64,000 nt of DNA, taken from NCBI GenBank assembly GCA_963734495.1, contig CAVTHK010000001.1:512001-576000 (forward strand), written 5' to 3'. The translations under genes and the position numbers were made by a program. The stretch comes from an uncultured Spirochaetota bacterium (GTDB lineage: Bacteria > Spirochaetota > Spirochaetia > SZUA-6 > CAVTHK01). Below the pieces are notes generated by a model. The model worked only from the letters and a program-made list of their open reading frames with translations, was not told the origin of the DNA and ran no database searches. This document shows, piece after piece, positions 29,112-39,409 of this stretch; within the stretch, counting starts at the first letter, position 1, and the number at the start of each line of letters is the position of its first letter.

Positions 29112-31544
29112 CTAAGGAGCCGCCCCGGCGACCTCGACCAGCGCGCGGCGCTCGAGGCCCCGGCCGAAGCCGCGCAGGTACGGCAGGAGCGGGAAACGCG
29201 GCCCGACGCTGAGGTCCAGGCACCAGACGCCGTCGGCGAGCAGGCAGGTCCCGCCCGCGAGCGCGCGACGCGCCTTGGCCGCCGGCTGCAGGCGCCAGCC
29301 GCCGCCGTCGCGCAGCGCCGTGACCGGAGCGTGCGCGCGGTTGAGGGCGTCGGCGAGCCGCGGTCCCGCCTGGGGAAAGAGCTCGTCCGCGAGCCGCACG
29401 CGCAGCCGCAGGTGCGACGGCGCGGGCGCGCCGGCTTCGGCGGCGCCGAGCAGCGCGAGCCCGCCCGGCGTGGAGGCCCGCGCCTCGAGCGCGGCGAGCA
29501 GCCGCTCGCTCCTCCACGCGACCAGCCCGAACAGCGATTCCCCGTACCAGGGGATCGCAGGCGCCCAGAACGACTCCTGCTCGCGCGCCAGCCGCGAGAG
29601 GGTGAGCTCGCGCACGTCGAGCAGGTCGTTCACGAGCCCCGCGTCCAGGCTCATCAGCTCCCGCGCGATCCAGGCGGAAAGCTCCTCGCTGCCCATGCCG
29701 GCCGCGGATTCCGGCACGCGCAGGCGCGCGGGCAGCGGCGCGAGCGCCGCCTTTTCGCGCACCACGCGACGCACCTCGCGGATCAGGGTGTCGGGCACGG
29801 GCCGCCGGGCGACCGCCGGCGCGGGAGCGGCCGGCGCCTCCCCCGCCAGGGCCGCCGTCGCGGCCACGTAGCGCGCGTACAGCGCCGCCTGCGCGACCGC
29901 CCCGGTCACGAAGCCGAGCGGGAACCCGTAGTCCGCCGGCTTGGGCGCGGTGAAGTCCGCGCTCACCGCCTGCGGGTGCGCCGCCATCCATGCCTTGAGC
30001 ACCTCCCACGTCCCGGGTTGCGCCTCGCCCTCGTAGACGTGCCCGTCGCGCGCGAGCTCCCGCACCGCGTCGCAGAGCCACCGCCCGCCGAGCGCGAGCA
30101 CCTGGCAGAGCGCGTACTCGGGCCATGACGAGGCGAGCCGGAACTCGTAGCCCGCGCCGGCCACCGCGGAGCGCGCTCGGCTCACGGAGGGCTGCCACCG
30201 CTCCTGCTCGAGAAGCAGCCGGTCGAATGCGAGCGGCGTGAAGGGCATGCGGATGAGCCTGTTGAAGCTGAAGACGATCCGCGTGCGGTTCCTCCTGGCC
30301 TCGGCCTCCCCGCGCAGCCAGGCGAGGAACGCCTTGAGCTCGGCGAAATCCTCGTCCGTCTCGTAGCCCGAGAGCAGGTAGAAGAGCTTGACCTCGCGCG
30401 CCCCGGCGGCCAGCAGGTCCGAGAGCACCCGCCTCACGCGCCCCTCGTCGAGCCGCTTGTCCATGAAACGGCGCTGCCGCTCGCTCACGCCCTCCACGCC
30501 CAGCGTGAAGCTGCGCTTGCCGGCGGCCATCTCGGCCTCGAGCAGCCCGCGCGTGTCGGCCAGGATGTCCGCGCGCTGGCTCATCAGGCTGACCTCGGCG
30601 AAGAGCCGGTTGAGCTCGAGCGCGAGGGGGATGATGTCGCGGTGCGTGTTGAAGTTGAAGCTCGAAAGCTCGAGCGAGCGAGCGCCCGTCGCCCGCTTGA
30701 GCTCGGCCGCGGCCGCGAGCAGCTCCTCGGCAGGCACCTCGCGGTAGGGCTTGCGGCCGTATCCTTCGAAGCAGAACGCGCAGGTAAAGGGGCAACCGTA
30801 GGAGATCTGCAGCCGCGCCGTTCCGGCCTCCCTCCCCGGCAGCACGGGGTACTCGGTGACGAGCTCCCTCGCGCGCGGCGCGGGGCAGACCGCCGCTTTG
30901 ACCGCGGCGCTCGTCGAGCCGGCGAGCCAGAGCCCCGCGATCTCCCCGGCGGCGCGGCGCAGCAGCTCCTTCGCGCCCGCCCCGCGCGACTCGGCAAAGA
31001 TGCGCGTGAGGTGCTCGACGTGCCCTTCACCTTCGCCAAAGAAGATCGCGTCTACCATCGCGTCGCCGGACCCGCTCACGATCGCCTGCGACGCGAGCGC
31101 ACTGGAGCCCCCGAGCACGAACGCGGGGCCTGCGGGTCGCTCCGACGCCATGAGCGGAAGCCCGGAGCGCTCGAGCAGCACGGGGAGATTGAGCAGCTCC
31201 AGCACGAAGGAGCAGGAGACCAGCGCCAGATCGAAGTCCTCCACGGAGCGCGAAGAGGCGACGCCGACGAGCGGCGGAACGCCGTTCGCGGCGAGCAGGG
31301 CCGCGTCTTCGCGGCCGGGGAAGAAGCAGAAGTCCACGAAGACGCCACGGCCGCCCCTGCGCGCCTCCTGGGCGAGGAACAGGTGCGTCGTCGAGCGGTC
31401 GACGTCGCCGTAGGGGGAGAGGCGCACGATGAGGACGCGCAGAGACGCCTCCCCCCACGCGGGATTCGCGACGCGAGCCGCCGTGAGATCGCCGAGCCTG
31501 AGGAGATGTCGGTGCGAGGTGAAGAACGCGCCGTGGTCGGCCAG
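29112..31544 (-). CDS. Large radical SAM protein (B12-binding/TIGR03960-like); start uncertain
   Basis: CxxxCxxC (GCPFTCAFC), FFGEGEG, TLGVEGVSER, PFTP. Frame stays open upstream of the GTG at 31427. Confidence 0.75.
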   Translation of the reverse strand: MADHGAFFTSHRHLLRLGDLTAARVANPAWGEASLRVLIVRLSPYGDVDRSTTHLFLAQEARRGGRGVFVDFCFFPGREDAALLAANGVPPLVGVASSRSVEDFDLALVSCSFVLELLNLPVLLERSGLPLMASERPAGPAFVLGGSSALASQAIVSGSGDAMVDAIFFGEGEGHVEHLTRIFAESRGAGAKELLRRAAGEIAGLWLAGSTSAAVKAAVCPAPRARELVTEYPVLPGREAGTARLQISYGCPFTCAFCFEGYGRKPYREVPAEELLAAAAELKRATGARSLELSSFNFNTHRDIIPLALELNRLFAEVSLMSQRADILADTRGLLEAEMAAGKRSFTLGVEGVSERQRRFMDKRLDEGRVRRVLSDLLAAGAREVKLFYLLSGYETDEDFAELKAFLAWLRGEAEARRNRTRIVFSFNRLIRMPFTPLAFDRLLLEQERWQPSVSRARSAVAGAGYEFRLASSWPEYALCQVLALGGRWLCDAVRELARDGHVYEGEAQPGTWEVLKAWMAAHPQAVSADFTAPKPADYGFPLGFVTGAVAQAALYARYVAATAALAGEAPAAPAPAVARRPVPDTLIREVRRVVREKAALAPLPARLRVPESAAGMGSEELSAWIARELMSLDAGLVNDLLDVRELTLSRLAREQESFWAPAIPWYGESLFGLVAWRSERLLAALEARASTPGGLALLGAAEAGAPAPSHLRLRVRLADELFPQAGPRLADALNRAHAPVTALRDGGGWRLQPAAKARRALAGGTCLLADGVWCLDLSVGPRFPLLPYLRGFGRGLERRALVEVAGAAP

Positions 31545-31643
31545 GGCTCCCCCCGAACGGAAAGCTAGGCACCGCCGCGGCGGCGGTCAAGCCCGCGCCT
31601 CTCGCTATCCAGCGGCGGCGCGGCTGCCTATACTGCGCGGACC

Positions 31644-33077
31644 GTGAGTTCGAGCCTCATCGACCGCGCTCGACGGCGCTGGAGCGAGCGGGGCGGCTAC
31701 CGCGAGCTGCTCGCGATGGCGGTGCCGCTGATCCTGAGCACGAGCGCGTCGAGCGTGCAGCAGTTCATCGACCGGATGTTCCTCTCGTGGTACTCCGCGG
31801 ACGCCGTCGCCGCGGCCCTGCCAGCGGGCCTGGTCAACTTCGCCATCTCCACGATCTTCGTGGGAACGGCGGGCTATGTGAACACCTTTGTCGCCCAGTA
31901 TCACGGCGCCGGGCGGCCCCACCGCATCGGACCTTCGCTCTGGCAGGGGCTCTACGTCTCCGCGATCGGCGGCGCGTTCCTGCTGGCCCTGGCGCCGGCC
32001 GCGGAGCCGCTGTTCCGGTTCATCGGCCACGAGCCCGCGGTGCGCGAAGGCGAGATCGTGTTCTTCAGGATTCTCTGCTACGGCTCGTTCTTCCCGATCG
32101 CCGCGGGCGCGCTCTCGGCGTTCTTCTCGGGCCGGGGCCGGAACTGGCCGATCGCGTGGGTCAACGCGCTTGCGACCGCGGTCAACAGCGTCCTCAACTG
32201 GCTGCTGGTCTTCGGCAACTGGGGCTTCCCCGAAATGGGCATCCGCGGGTCGGCGATCGCGACGGTGGCCTCGGGGTTCGTGACCTTTGTCGCGTACGCC
32301 GTGCTGGCGTTCCGGGCGGCCGACGACGAGCGCTACCGCACGCTGCGCGGATGGCGCCTGGAACCGCGGCTGTTCGCGCGCCTGGTGCGGTACGGGCTTC
32401 CGAGCGGGGTGCAGTTCTTTCTCGATGTGGCGGGCTTTACCGCCTTCCTGCTGATGCTCGGCAGGCTCGGCACCGCGGAGCTTGCTGCCAGCAACATCGC
32501 CTTCAATATCAACACCCTCGCGTTCATGCCCATGATCGGGTGCGGGATCGCGGTCAGCGTCCTGGTCGGCCAGTACCTCGGCGAGGACCGCCCCGACCTG
32601 GCCGAACGCAGCGCCTACTCGGGCTTCCACGTGGCCATGCTGTACATGAGCTCGATCGCCGCGGCGTACGTGCTGGTCCCCGGCGCGTTCATCGCCCCGT
32701 TCACCGCGCGCGCCGACGCCCGTTCGTTCGCCGCGATCGCCGAGACGGTGCGGATCCTGCTGCGCTTCGTCGCGCTCTACTCGATCTTCGACACCATGAC
32801 GATCATCTTTTCCTCCGCCGTCAAAGGCGCGGGCGACACGCGTTTCGTGATGGTGGCGATCGGCGCGCTCTCCGTCTGCGGCCTTGTCGCGCCCAGCTAC
32901 GTGGCGCTGGTCGCGCTCGGCGCGGATCTCACCGTGGGCTGGATCATCGTGACCGCCTACATCAGCCTGCTGGGGCTCGCTTTCTTCCTGCGCTTCGCGA
33001 CGGGCAAGTGGCGCTCGATGCGCGTGATCGAGCCGCAGGTCGTTCCGCCGGCCGATTCCGAGACCAGCGAGCCCTGA
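31644..33077 (+). CDS. MATE family efflux transporter
   Basis: LAMAVPLI, FIDRMFL, VAQYHGAG, GIRGSAIAT, VGQYLG, KGAGDT. Confidence 0.92.
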   Translation: MSSSLIDRARRRWSERGGYRELLAMAVPLILSTSASSVQQFIDRMFLSWYSADAVAAALPAGLVNFAISTIFVGTAGYVNTFVAQYHGAGRPHRIGPSLWQGLYVSAIGGAFLLALAPAAEPLFRFIGHEPAVREGEIVFFRILCYGSFFPIAAGALSAFFSGRGRNWPIAWVNALATAVNSVLNWLLVFGNWGFPEMGIRGSAIATVASGFVTFVAYAVLAFRAADDERYRTLRGWRLEPRLFARLVRYGLPSGVQFFLDVAGFTAFLLMLGRLGTAELAASNIAFNINTLAFMPMIGCGIAVSVLVGQYLGEDRPDLAERSAYSGFHVAMLYMSSIAAAYVLVPGAFIAPFTARADARSFAAIAETVRILLRFVALYSIFDTMTIIFSSAVKGAGDTRFVMVAIGALSVCGLVAPSYVALVALGADLTVGWIIVTAYISLLGLAFFLRFATGKWRSMRVIEPQVVPPADSETSEP

Positions 33078-33155
33078 GCCCGGGACTACCCGGGGGCGCA
33101 TCGGAGTGGCGGCCGCCGCGTGTCCATGGTACGATGGGGAGGCGGGCGAGGGATC

Positions 33156-33614
33156 ATGCCGTTCAGCGCTTCGCTGATATCTGCCGTCGTGGTGCAGCTC
33201 CTGTGCCAGATCTTCAAGGCGGCGTACTACTCCGTCAGGGAACGAAAGCTCCGGCTCGGCTACCTGTCCGCCGCGGGCGGCATGCCCAGCGGGCACGCCG
33301 CCTTCGTGACCGCCCTCACCGTCTCCATCGGGCTGAGCAGCGGCCTCCGGTCGGATGCCTTCACCGTGGCCTTCGTCTTCTCCGTGATCATCATCTACGA
33401 CATCCTGAGGGTCCGCTCGGTCGTGCAGAGGCATTCGGAGGTCCTGGACGAGCTGGCCGGCGAGCGCGCCGCGGGCGGGCGCGATGCGGCGCGTCCGCCG
33501 CGGTCGCTCTTCGCGATCCCGCGGAACATCGGCCACACCCCGGCGGAGGTGGCGGTCGGCGTCGCGGTCGGCGCGGCGTTCAGCGTCGCGGTCCGCGCGC
33601 TCGCGGCGGGATAG
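33156..33614 (+). CDS. Divergent PAP2 family protein (DUF212)
   Basis: QIFK, GGMPSGHAA, IIYD, IGHTPAEV. Confidence 0.85.
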   Translation: MPFSASLISAVVVQLLCQIFKAAYYSVRERKLRLGYLSAAGGMPSGHAAFVTALTVSIGLSSGLRSDAFTVAFVFSVIIIYDILRVRSVVQRHSEVLDELAGERAAGGRDAARPPRSLFAIPRNIGHTPAEVAVGVAVGAAFSVAVRALAAG

Positions 33615-33626
33615 ACGCGCGGCGGC

Positions 33627-35306
33627 TCAAAGCCGCCCCGAGCGCAGCGTGCCGATGAAGAACCACAGGCCGAGGATGCCGGCCACGGCAAAGCCCAGCA
33701 GCCCGAGGACCGGCAGCCCGAGGTAGGTGGGACCCAGCCCGGTGCGGATGACGAGCGACGAGCCGACCAGAAGCCCGGCGATCACCACGGAGAAGGCAAG
33801 CCGGTTGATCGAGCGATCGATCTCCTGCACGCGCCTGTCGAGGCCCTCGAAGTCCATCTTGATCCGCAGCCGGCCGGTGCGCGCCTTTTCCAGCAGCTCG
33901 TTGGCCTGCCAGGGCAGCGCGCGCACGAAACGCCCTGTGTCCTCTGCGAGGTCGTAGATCTCCTCCCTGCCCAGCCACTCCCGCAGCCGGCTCGTCCGCA
34001 CCCGGGCGACAAAGGGACGGGCGACTTCGAGCACATCGAAGCCGGGGTCGAGCCGCTTGCCGAGGCTCTCGAGCGTCACGATGACCTTGAGCGTGAGGGC
34101 GAGGTCCGCGGGCAGGTTGATGCGATGCCTGCGGACGACCGCGCTCAGGTCCTGCAGCATGCGGCTGACCGGCAGCTGGGCCAGCGGCATCCTGTAGTAG
34201 TCGATCAGCCGCCCGAGGTCCTCGCGCAGCGCGTCCCGGTCGGCCGAGTCCTCGATCAACCCGAGGCCCGCGAACAGGCGCACGAGCCGGGCGGGGTCCT
34301 TGTTGATAAAGCAGAGCAGCAGCGTCACGAGCGCGTGCCTCAGCTCCTGGCTGAGGCTGCTCACCATTCCGAAGTCGACGGGCGCCAGGATCCCGTCGGG
34401 CCGCACGATGAAGTTCGCGGGGTGAGGGTCCGCGTTGTAGACGCCATGGCGAAAGACCTGCGCCAGCACGTAGCTCGCCCCGACGCGCGCGATCCGCTTC
34501 GTGTCCACATGCGTCTCGGCGAACCGCTCGGGGTCGGAGAGGCGCACGCCCTCGATGTACTCCATGGCGAGGAGGCGCTGCGTGGAGAGGTCCCAGCGGA
34601 CGGTCGGGATGTGGATCGTCGCGTCGCCCCGGAAGTTCTCCCGGAACAGGTCCATGGTCCGGCCTTCGTACAGGAAGTCGAGCTCCAGGGTGATGACCTT
34701 GGCAAAGTGGTCGGTCAGCCGCGAAGGATGATAGACCCTGACCCGGGGAAGGTAGCGCTCCAGAACCGCGGCGAGGTCCACCAGGATCGCCATGTCCGCC
34801 TGGATCGTGTCGGCGATGCCGGGCCGCTGGATCTTGAGCGCGAGCTGCTCCCCGTCCAGGGCCACGGCGCGGTGGACCTGCGCGATCGATGCGCTCGCGA
34901 TGGGCTGCGGGTCGACGCTCCTGAAGAGCCCGCGCCATGAATCCCCGAGCTCCTGCCGCAGCACGGGCTCGAGCTGCGAGAACGGCAGCGGCGCCGCGCC
35001 GTACTGCAGTTTCTCCAGCGCCGAGGTGACATCCTCGGGGAGCAGGTCCGAGCGCAGGCTCATGAGCTGGCCGAGCTTGATGAAGGTGGGGCCCAGGCCC
35101 TCGAACAGAAGCCGCAGGCGCGTCCCGAAGGTCATGGCGCGCAGCCGCCTGGACCCGCCGCGCTCGTCGGCGGGATGCCGTCTCCACCACCGGCGCAGCC
35201 CCAGCGCCTCAGCGGACTCGATGAAGCCGTAGAAGGCGAGGCGCGAGAGGATCTGCCTGTAGCGCTTGAGCTTCCGGAGGCGCTGGCGGATTCCGGCGAA
35301 GGGCAT
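33627..35306 (-). CDS. AarF/UbiB (ABC1) family atypical kinase
   Basis: LGPTFIKLGQ, PIASASIAQVH, KIQRP, ADPHPAN, VDFGM. Confidence 0.92.
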   Translation of the reverse strand: MPFAGIRQRLRKLKRYRQILSRLAFYGFIESAEALGLRRWWRRHPADERGGSRRLRAMTFGTRLRLLFEGLGPTFIKLGQLMSLRSDLLPEDVTSALEKLQYGAAPLPFSQLEPVLRQELGDSWRGLFRSVDPQPIASASIAQVHRAVALDGEQLALKIQRPGIADTIQADMAILVDLAAVLERYLPRVRVYHPSRLTDHFAKVITLELDFLYEGRTMDLFRENFRGDATIHIPTVRWDLSTQRLLAMEYIEGVRLSDPERFAETHVDTKRIARVGASYVLAQVFRHGVYNADPHPANFIVRPDGILAPVDFGMVSSLSQELRHALVTLLLCFINKDPARLVRLFAGLGLIEDSADRDALREDLGRLIDYYRMPLAQLPVSRMLQDLSAVVRRHRINLPADLALTLKVIVTLESLGKRLDPGFDVLEVARPFVARVRTSRLREWLGREEIYDLAEDTGRFVRALPWQANELLEKARTGRLRIKMDFEGLDRRVQEIDRSINRLAFSVVIAGLLVGSSLVIRTGLGPTYLGLPVLGLLGFAVAGILGLWFFIGTLRSGRL

Positions 35307-35323
35307 CAGCGCGGGGAGGCCCC

Positions 35324-35611
35324 TCAGCTCACCTTTTCGACGCTCAGCGTGCACTCGGTCATGACGGCGGACAGCGCGGCGAGCGCCACGAGGGCGGGCG
35401 CGAGGAGGGTGCCGACCACGCCCGCCGACAGGGGAAAGCTCGCGATGACTTTGCCTTCCTTGTCTTTGACCGTGATGCGGCGCACGTTGCCTTCTTTTAC
35501 GAGGTCCTTGACCGTCCTGAGCAGGTCCTCGGCCATGACCTTCACGTCCTTCACGACGACCTTGGCATCGTCCGCGAAGTGGGCAGCGCCCTTCTTGACG
35601 GAGTCACTCAT
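35324..35611 (-). CDS. DUF4342 domain protein
   Basis: VKDLVKEGNVRRITVK...LAALSAVMTECTLSVEK; RBS GGAGG. Confidence 0.85.
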   Translation of the reverse strand: MSDSVKKGAAHFADDAKVVVKDVKVMAEDLLRTVKDLVKEGNVRRITVKDKEGKVIASFPLSAGVVGTLLAPALVALAALSAVMTECTLSVEKVS

Positions 35612-35734
35612 CGGTTCCTCCCCTGACCTGGCGTCTGCCGCCAGGTCCCCAGGCCCGCCGTACACGGCGGGCTCCCTCGTACCTATACTGTAGCCTCGAG
35701 CGCATCCCGCGTCCACCGACCCGACGACGGCGTG

Positions 35735-36094
35735 CTACCGCGCCGGCCGGCTCTCCAGGTACTCCTTGAGCGCCTGCGCGCAGGAACGCTCCGGGGGCCT
35801 CGACGCGAACACGAGCGTCACCGGGCCCTTGCGCGCGGCGTCGCGCAGGGGAGCGACCGCCTCAGGGTGCCGGTCCAGCTCGCCGAAGTAGCGGCGCCGA
35901 AAGGCGTCCCAGTTCTCGGGTTCGTGGTCGTACCACTTGCGGAGCTCCGCGCTCGGTGCCGCGTCCTTGAGCCAGGCCGCGAGGCGCGCCCTGTCCTTGC
36001 TGATGCCACGCGGCCAGAGCCTCTCCACCAGGAAGCGCTGCCCGTCCCCGTCGTCCGCGGGCTCGTAGATGCGCTTGAGGTTCACGCGCGCCAT
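35735..36094 (-). CDS. DUF488 (YeaO-like) protein
   Basis: KRIYEP, LVERLWPRGISK, APSAELRKWYDH. Confidence 0.9.
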   Translation of the reverse strand: MARVNLKRIYEPADDGDGQRFLVERLWPRGISKDRARLAAWLKDAAPSAELRKWYDHEPENWDAFRRRYFGELDRHPEAVAPLRDAARKGPVTLVFASRPPERSCAQALKEYLESRPAR

Positions 36095-36152
36095 GATAGA
36101 AGAATACTGAGGCGGGGCGCCGTCGGCGCGCCCCGCGCCCCCCGGAGGACGC

Positions 36153-37178
36153 CTACTTGCGGCCGAGGCGCTCGAGGATGTGCTCGGCCTCGATGACGGC
36201 CTCGTCGATGAGGCTCTCGATCACCCTGGGAACGGGCATGATCTCCCTGACCAGGCCGACGCTCTGGCCGGCCATCATCGAGCCCCGCTTGACGTCGCCG
36301 TCGATCACCGCCTTGCGCAAGCCGCCGATCCAGAACTCCTCGAGGCGCTGCTGCGCCTCCTTGGGGCTGATCTGCCCGCGCTCGAGCTGCGCGATCAGTC
36401 CCAGCTGAAGCGTGTTGAAGTCGACCGTGCCTTCGTTGACGAGGGCGCGCACGGGAATGACCGGGATCCGCGGGTCGAAGGCGGAGGTCGGCAGCGCGTC
36501 CTTGGCCCGCGCGCGGATCATGGCCTGCTTGAAGTTGGGGTGCGCGATCGACTCCTCCGCGACCGCGAACTTGGTCCCGATCTGCACGCCCGCCGCCCCC
36601 ATCAGCAGGTAGTGCACCATCATGACGCCGCTCCCGATCCCGCCGGCCACGAACACGGGCACCCTGTGGGTGTGGGGCAGGATCTCTTCGGCGAGGACGG
36701 CGGTCGAGACCGGGCCGATGTGGCCTCCCGCCTCGCTGCCTTCGATGATGAGGGCGTCGACGCCCTCTTTGATGAGCCTGTGGGCGATGCCGACGGTCGG
36801 CGCGAAGCAGAAGACCTTGATCCCCTCGGCCTTCGCGTCGCGGATGGCCTCGCGGGGCGGCAGGCCGCCGGCGAAGATCACGACGGGGAACTTGATGCTC
36901 ATCACGTGGTCGAGGTGGCGGCGGAAGTTGGGAGCGATGGCGATGAGGTTGACTCCGAAGGGCTTGTCTGTCTTTTCGCGCGTCTTCTCGATCTCCTCCT
37001 TGAGGAGCTGCGGCGGCATGTTTCCGCCCGCGAGCACGCCGAAGCCGCCCGCGTTCGAGATCGCGGACACGAGGCGGTGTTCCGAGATCCAGGACATGGC
37101 GCCGCCCAGGATGGGGTACTGGGTCCCCAGGAACTGGCGCCCGCGCTGCCACAGCTTTTCGAGCATCTCTCTAGGCAC
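36153..37178 (-). CDS. fabK: FMN-dependent enoyl-ACP reductase II / nitronate monooxygenase family
   Basis: YPILGGAM, DKPFGVN, EGSEAGGHIG, AGGIGSG, GSMMAGQSVG. Confidence 0.75.
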   Translation of the reverse strand: MPREMLEKLWQRGRQFLGTQYPILGGAMSWISEHRLVSAISNAGGFGVLAGGNMPPQLLKEEIEKTREKTDKPFGVNLIAIAPNFRRHLDHVMSIKFPVVIFAGGLPPREAIRDAKAEGIKVFCFAPTVGIAHRLIKEGVDALIIEGSEAGGHIGPVSTAVLAEEILPHTHRVPVFVAGGIGSGVMMVHYLLMGAAGVQIGTKFAVAEESIAHPNFKQAMIRARAKDALPTSAFDPRIPVIPVRALVNEGTVDFNTLQLGLIAQLERGQISPKEAQQRLEEFWIGGLRKAVIDGDVKRGSMMAGQSVGLVREIMPVPRVIESLIDEAVIEAEHILERLGRK

Positions 37179-37376
37179 GATCTTCCTCCAGACACAAAGA
37201 GCCGCTGGGCGCCCTTTGTCGGAAGCGCGATAGCGGCCCTCGAGCGGAAATCGTAGCGAGTATACCAGAAGGTGCGCCGCGTGTAAGCCCGGTGCGGGCC
37301 CGGTGCAGGCGCCACCTGGCCCGGCGTAGGCCCGGTGCTGCGCCGCTGCGCAAGCCCCGCGCCCACGGAGCCGGTG

Positions 37377-37985
37377 TCAGCGCGGAAGCCGGCGCTTCGT
37401 TTCGCGGCCACCCGGCAGGCGGCGCGGCCGCGTCCTGACCTCCACGCCGCCCAGGAGCGCAAACCCCCGGATCACGAGGCGCGGTGTATTGCCAGGATCG
37501 CTGCGGCTGCTGTCGTCGAACCCTCCGAGGATCCCCGTGCCTTCGACCTGCACCGTGACGTCCGGCGGAACCGTGACCTCCACGCCGCCCAGCACGCAGG
37601 CCACGTTGACGATCGTCCCGCCTTCGGGGAAGACAGCGTCGCGGAAATCGAGCTCGATTCCTCCGAGGACGGTCAGGGCGCGCAGATTGCACGGAGGGTA
37701 CCAGCGGCCCGATCGGGAGGAGCCTCCGAGGAGGGCCGCGATCGTCCCCCGCTGGCTGGGCCGCGGGTTCGTTGCGGCCGCGGCCGCCGCTGCACCAGGC
37801 GCCGCGGGAAGATCCTCGACGAGGCTCGCGAGCTCCCGGTGCGAGCCGGCATCATGGGCGGCGGCCAACCTCTTCTCGTATTCCTCGAGGTCGAGGTGAC
37901 CGACAGCGAAGTGGATCTTGAGCGCCTCGACCACCCGCTCCCTGGCCTCCGGCAGGCCCGGCTCAAGCAGATCACGCGACGCCAT
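37377..37985 (-). CDS. DUF1707 + LiaF-like C-terminal domain protein
   Basis: RERVVEALKIHFAVGHLDLEEYEKRL, LGGIELDFR, LGGVEV repeats. Confidence 0.8.
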   Translation of the reverse strand: MASRDLLEPGLPEARERVVEALKIHFAVGHLDLEEYEKRLAAAHDAGSHRELASLVEDLPAAPGAAAAAAATNPRPSQRGTIAALLGGSSRSGRWYPPCNLRALTVLGGIELDFRDAVFPEGGTIVNVACVLGGVEVTVPPDVTVQVEGTGILGGFDDSSRSDPGNTPRLVIRGFALLGGVEVRTRPRRLPGGRETKRRLPR

Positions 37986-38101
37986 GACGCGAGCCTATCA
38001 CCACGCCCCTGGGCGCGCAAACCGCAAGCCAGCGCAAACCACCCCAAACCGTCGCAAACCCGGACAAGACAGCGCCAGGGGTCTCGCGAGGGCGCGCCCT
38101 C

Positions 38102-39128
38102 TCACGCGTTCTTGTTCACGACTCCGCGGATCACGCCGGACACCAGGAGCTGGAACGGGTGGTAGAAGAGCAGCGGCAGCACGGCCATGCCGAGCAGCTC
38201 CGGGTTGTGCGCGAAGTAGATGCCGAGCAGCGGCACGCCCATCACCAGCGTGCGCTGAGGCGCGACGAACAGGAGCGCAATCAGGTCCTCGCGGCCGAAG
38301 CCCTGCACGCGCGCCGCGGCCCACGCCAGCCCCACGAAGGCGAGGTGGGCGGTCGCGAGGTACACGATGGGCGCCACAAGCCCCGCGAGCCCGGAGGCAA
38401 ACGCGGGATGCCCCGCGGACTTGGAGACGGCGAAGAAGACGGTCGCCAGGATCAGCAGGTTCGCGGCGACGCCGAAGCGGCCGCGGTTGGCGGTCGGCGA
38501 CCCGCGCAAAGGCGAGCCGCAGGAGCTGGCCGGCCAGCGCGGGAACGAGCATCTTGCCGCCCAGGTCCGTGAACACGGCCAGCGCCTGGTCAGGCGGGAG
38601 GGCCTGGCCCGAGCCCCTGAGCAGGACCGAGAGGAGCAGCGGAGCCAGGATGATCCCCGCCGCGTTGGACAGCGCGGAGTTGAACATCGCGCCGGACACG
38701 TTCCCGCCGGAGAGCTGCGTGAAGACGACGCAGCTTGCCACCGTCGTGGGCAGCGCGCCCAGGGCGACGATCCCGACCATCAGGCCGGGGTCGACGAACC
38801 CGCGCAGCGGCATCGAGGTCAGCGCGAAGAACACGGGGCTCACGACCCAGATCAGGATCTGGGCGGTCAGGTGCAGGCGCCAGCCGGAGAGGCCGCGCAG
38901 CAGGCTCTCCGTCGGGACGGTGAACCCGAGGATGAGGAACTGCACCACGACGATCGTGTTGGTCGTCGCCGAGCCCGGGTTGAGGCTGCGGCCGGCGCGC
39001 GGCGCGAGAAAGCCCAGCGCGACCACCGCGACGATCCCGAGGAGGAACCAGTTGCGCTTCAGGGAGTCCACGAACGAGCGCGGCCGGCGCGTGACCGCGG
39101 CCGCGGCCCGCGTTGCTTTCTGCTGCAT
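38102..39128 (-). CDS. Bile acid:sodium symporter family transporter (frameshift near 38500)
   Basis: NWFLLGI, LPTTVASCVVFT..GGN, QRTLVMGVP, PLLFYHPFQL. Confidence 0.85.
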
Positions 39129-39250
39129 CGCGCGTGAGTGTGCCGGATTTTCACGCGTCGCTTCAAGGCCCCGCTGCTCGGGTCACCGGCGCCTGCTGTT
39201 CGGGGCTGTTCGGGGGCCTTGACCAAGGCGCGCCGCCGCCGTAGTCTCCG

Positions 39251-39340
<90 letters not shown>

Positions 39341-39409
39341 GAACCCTCCCCACTATCACCAACGAGCAGCGCGCAGGCATCGTCGCGCGCACGCTGCGGG
39401 AGGCTTGCC

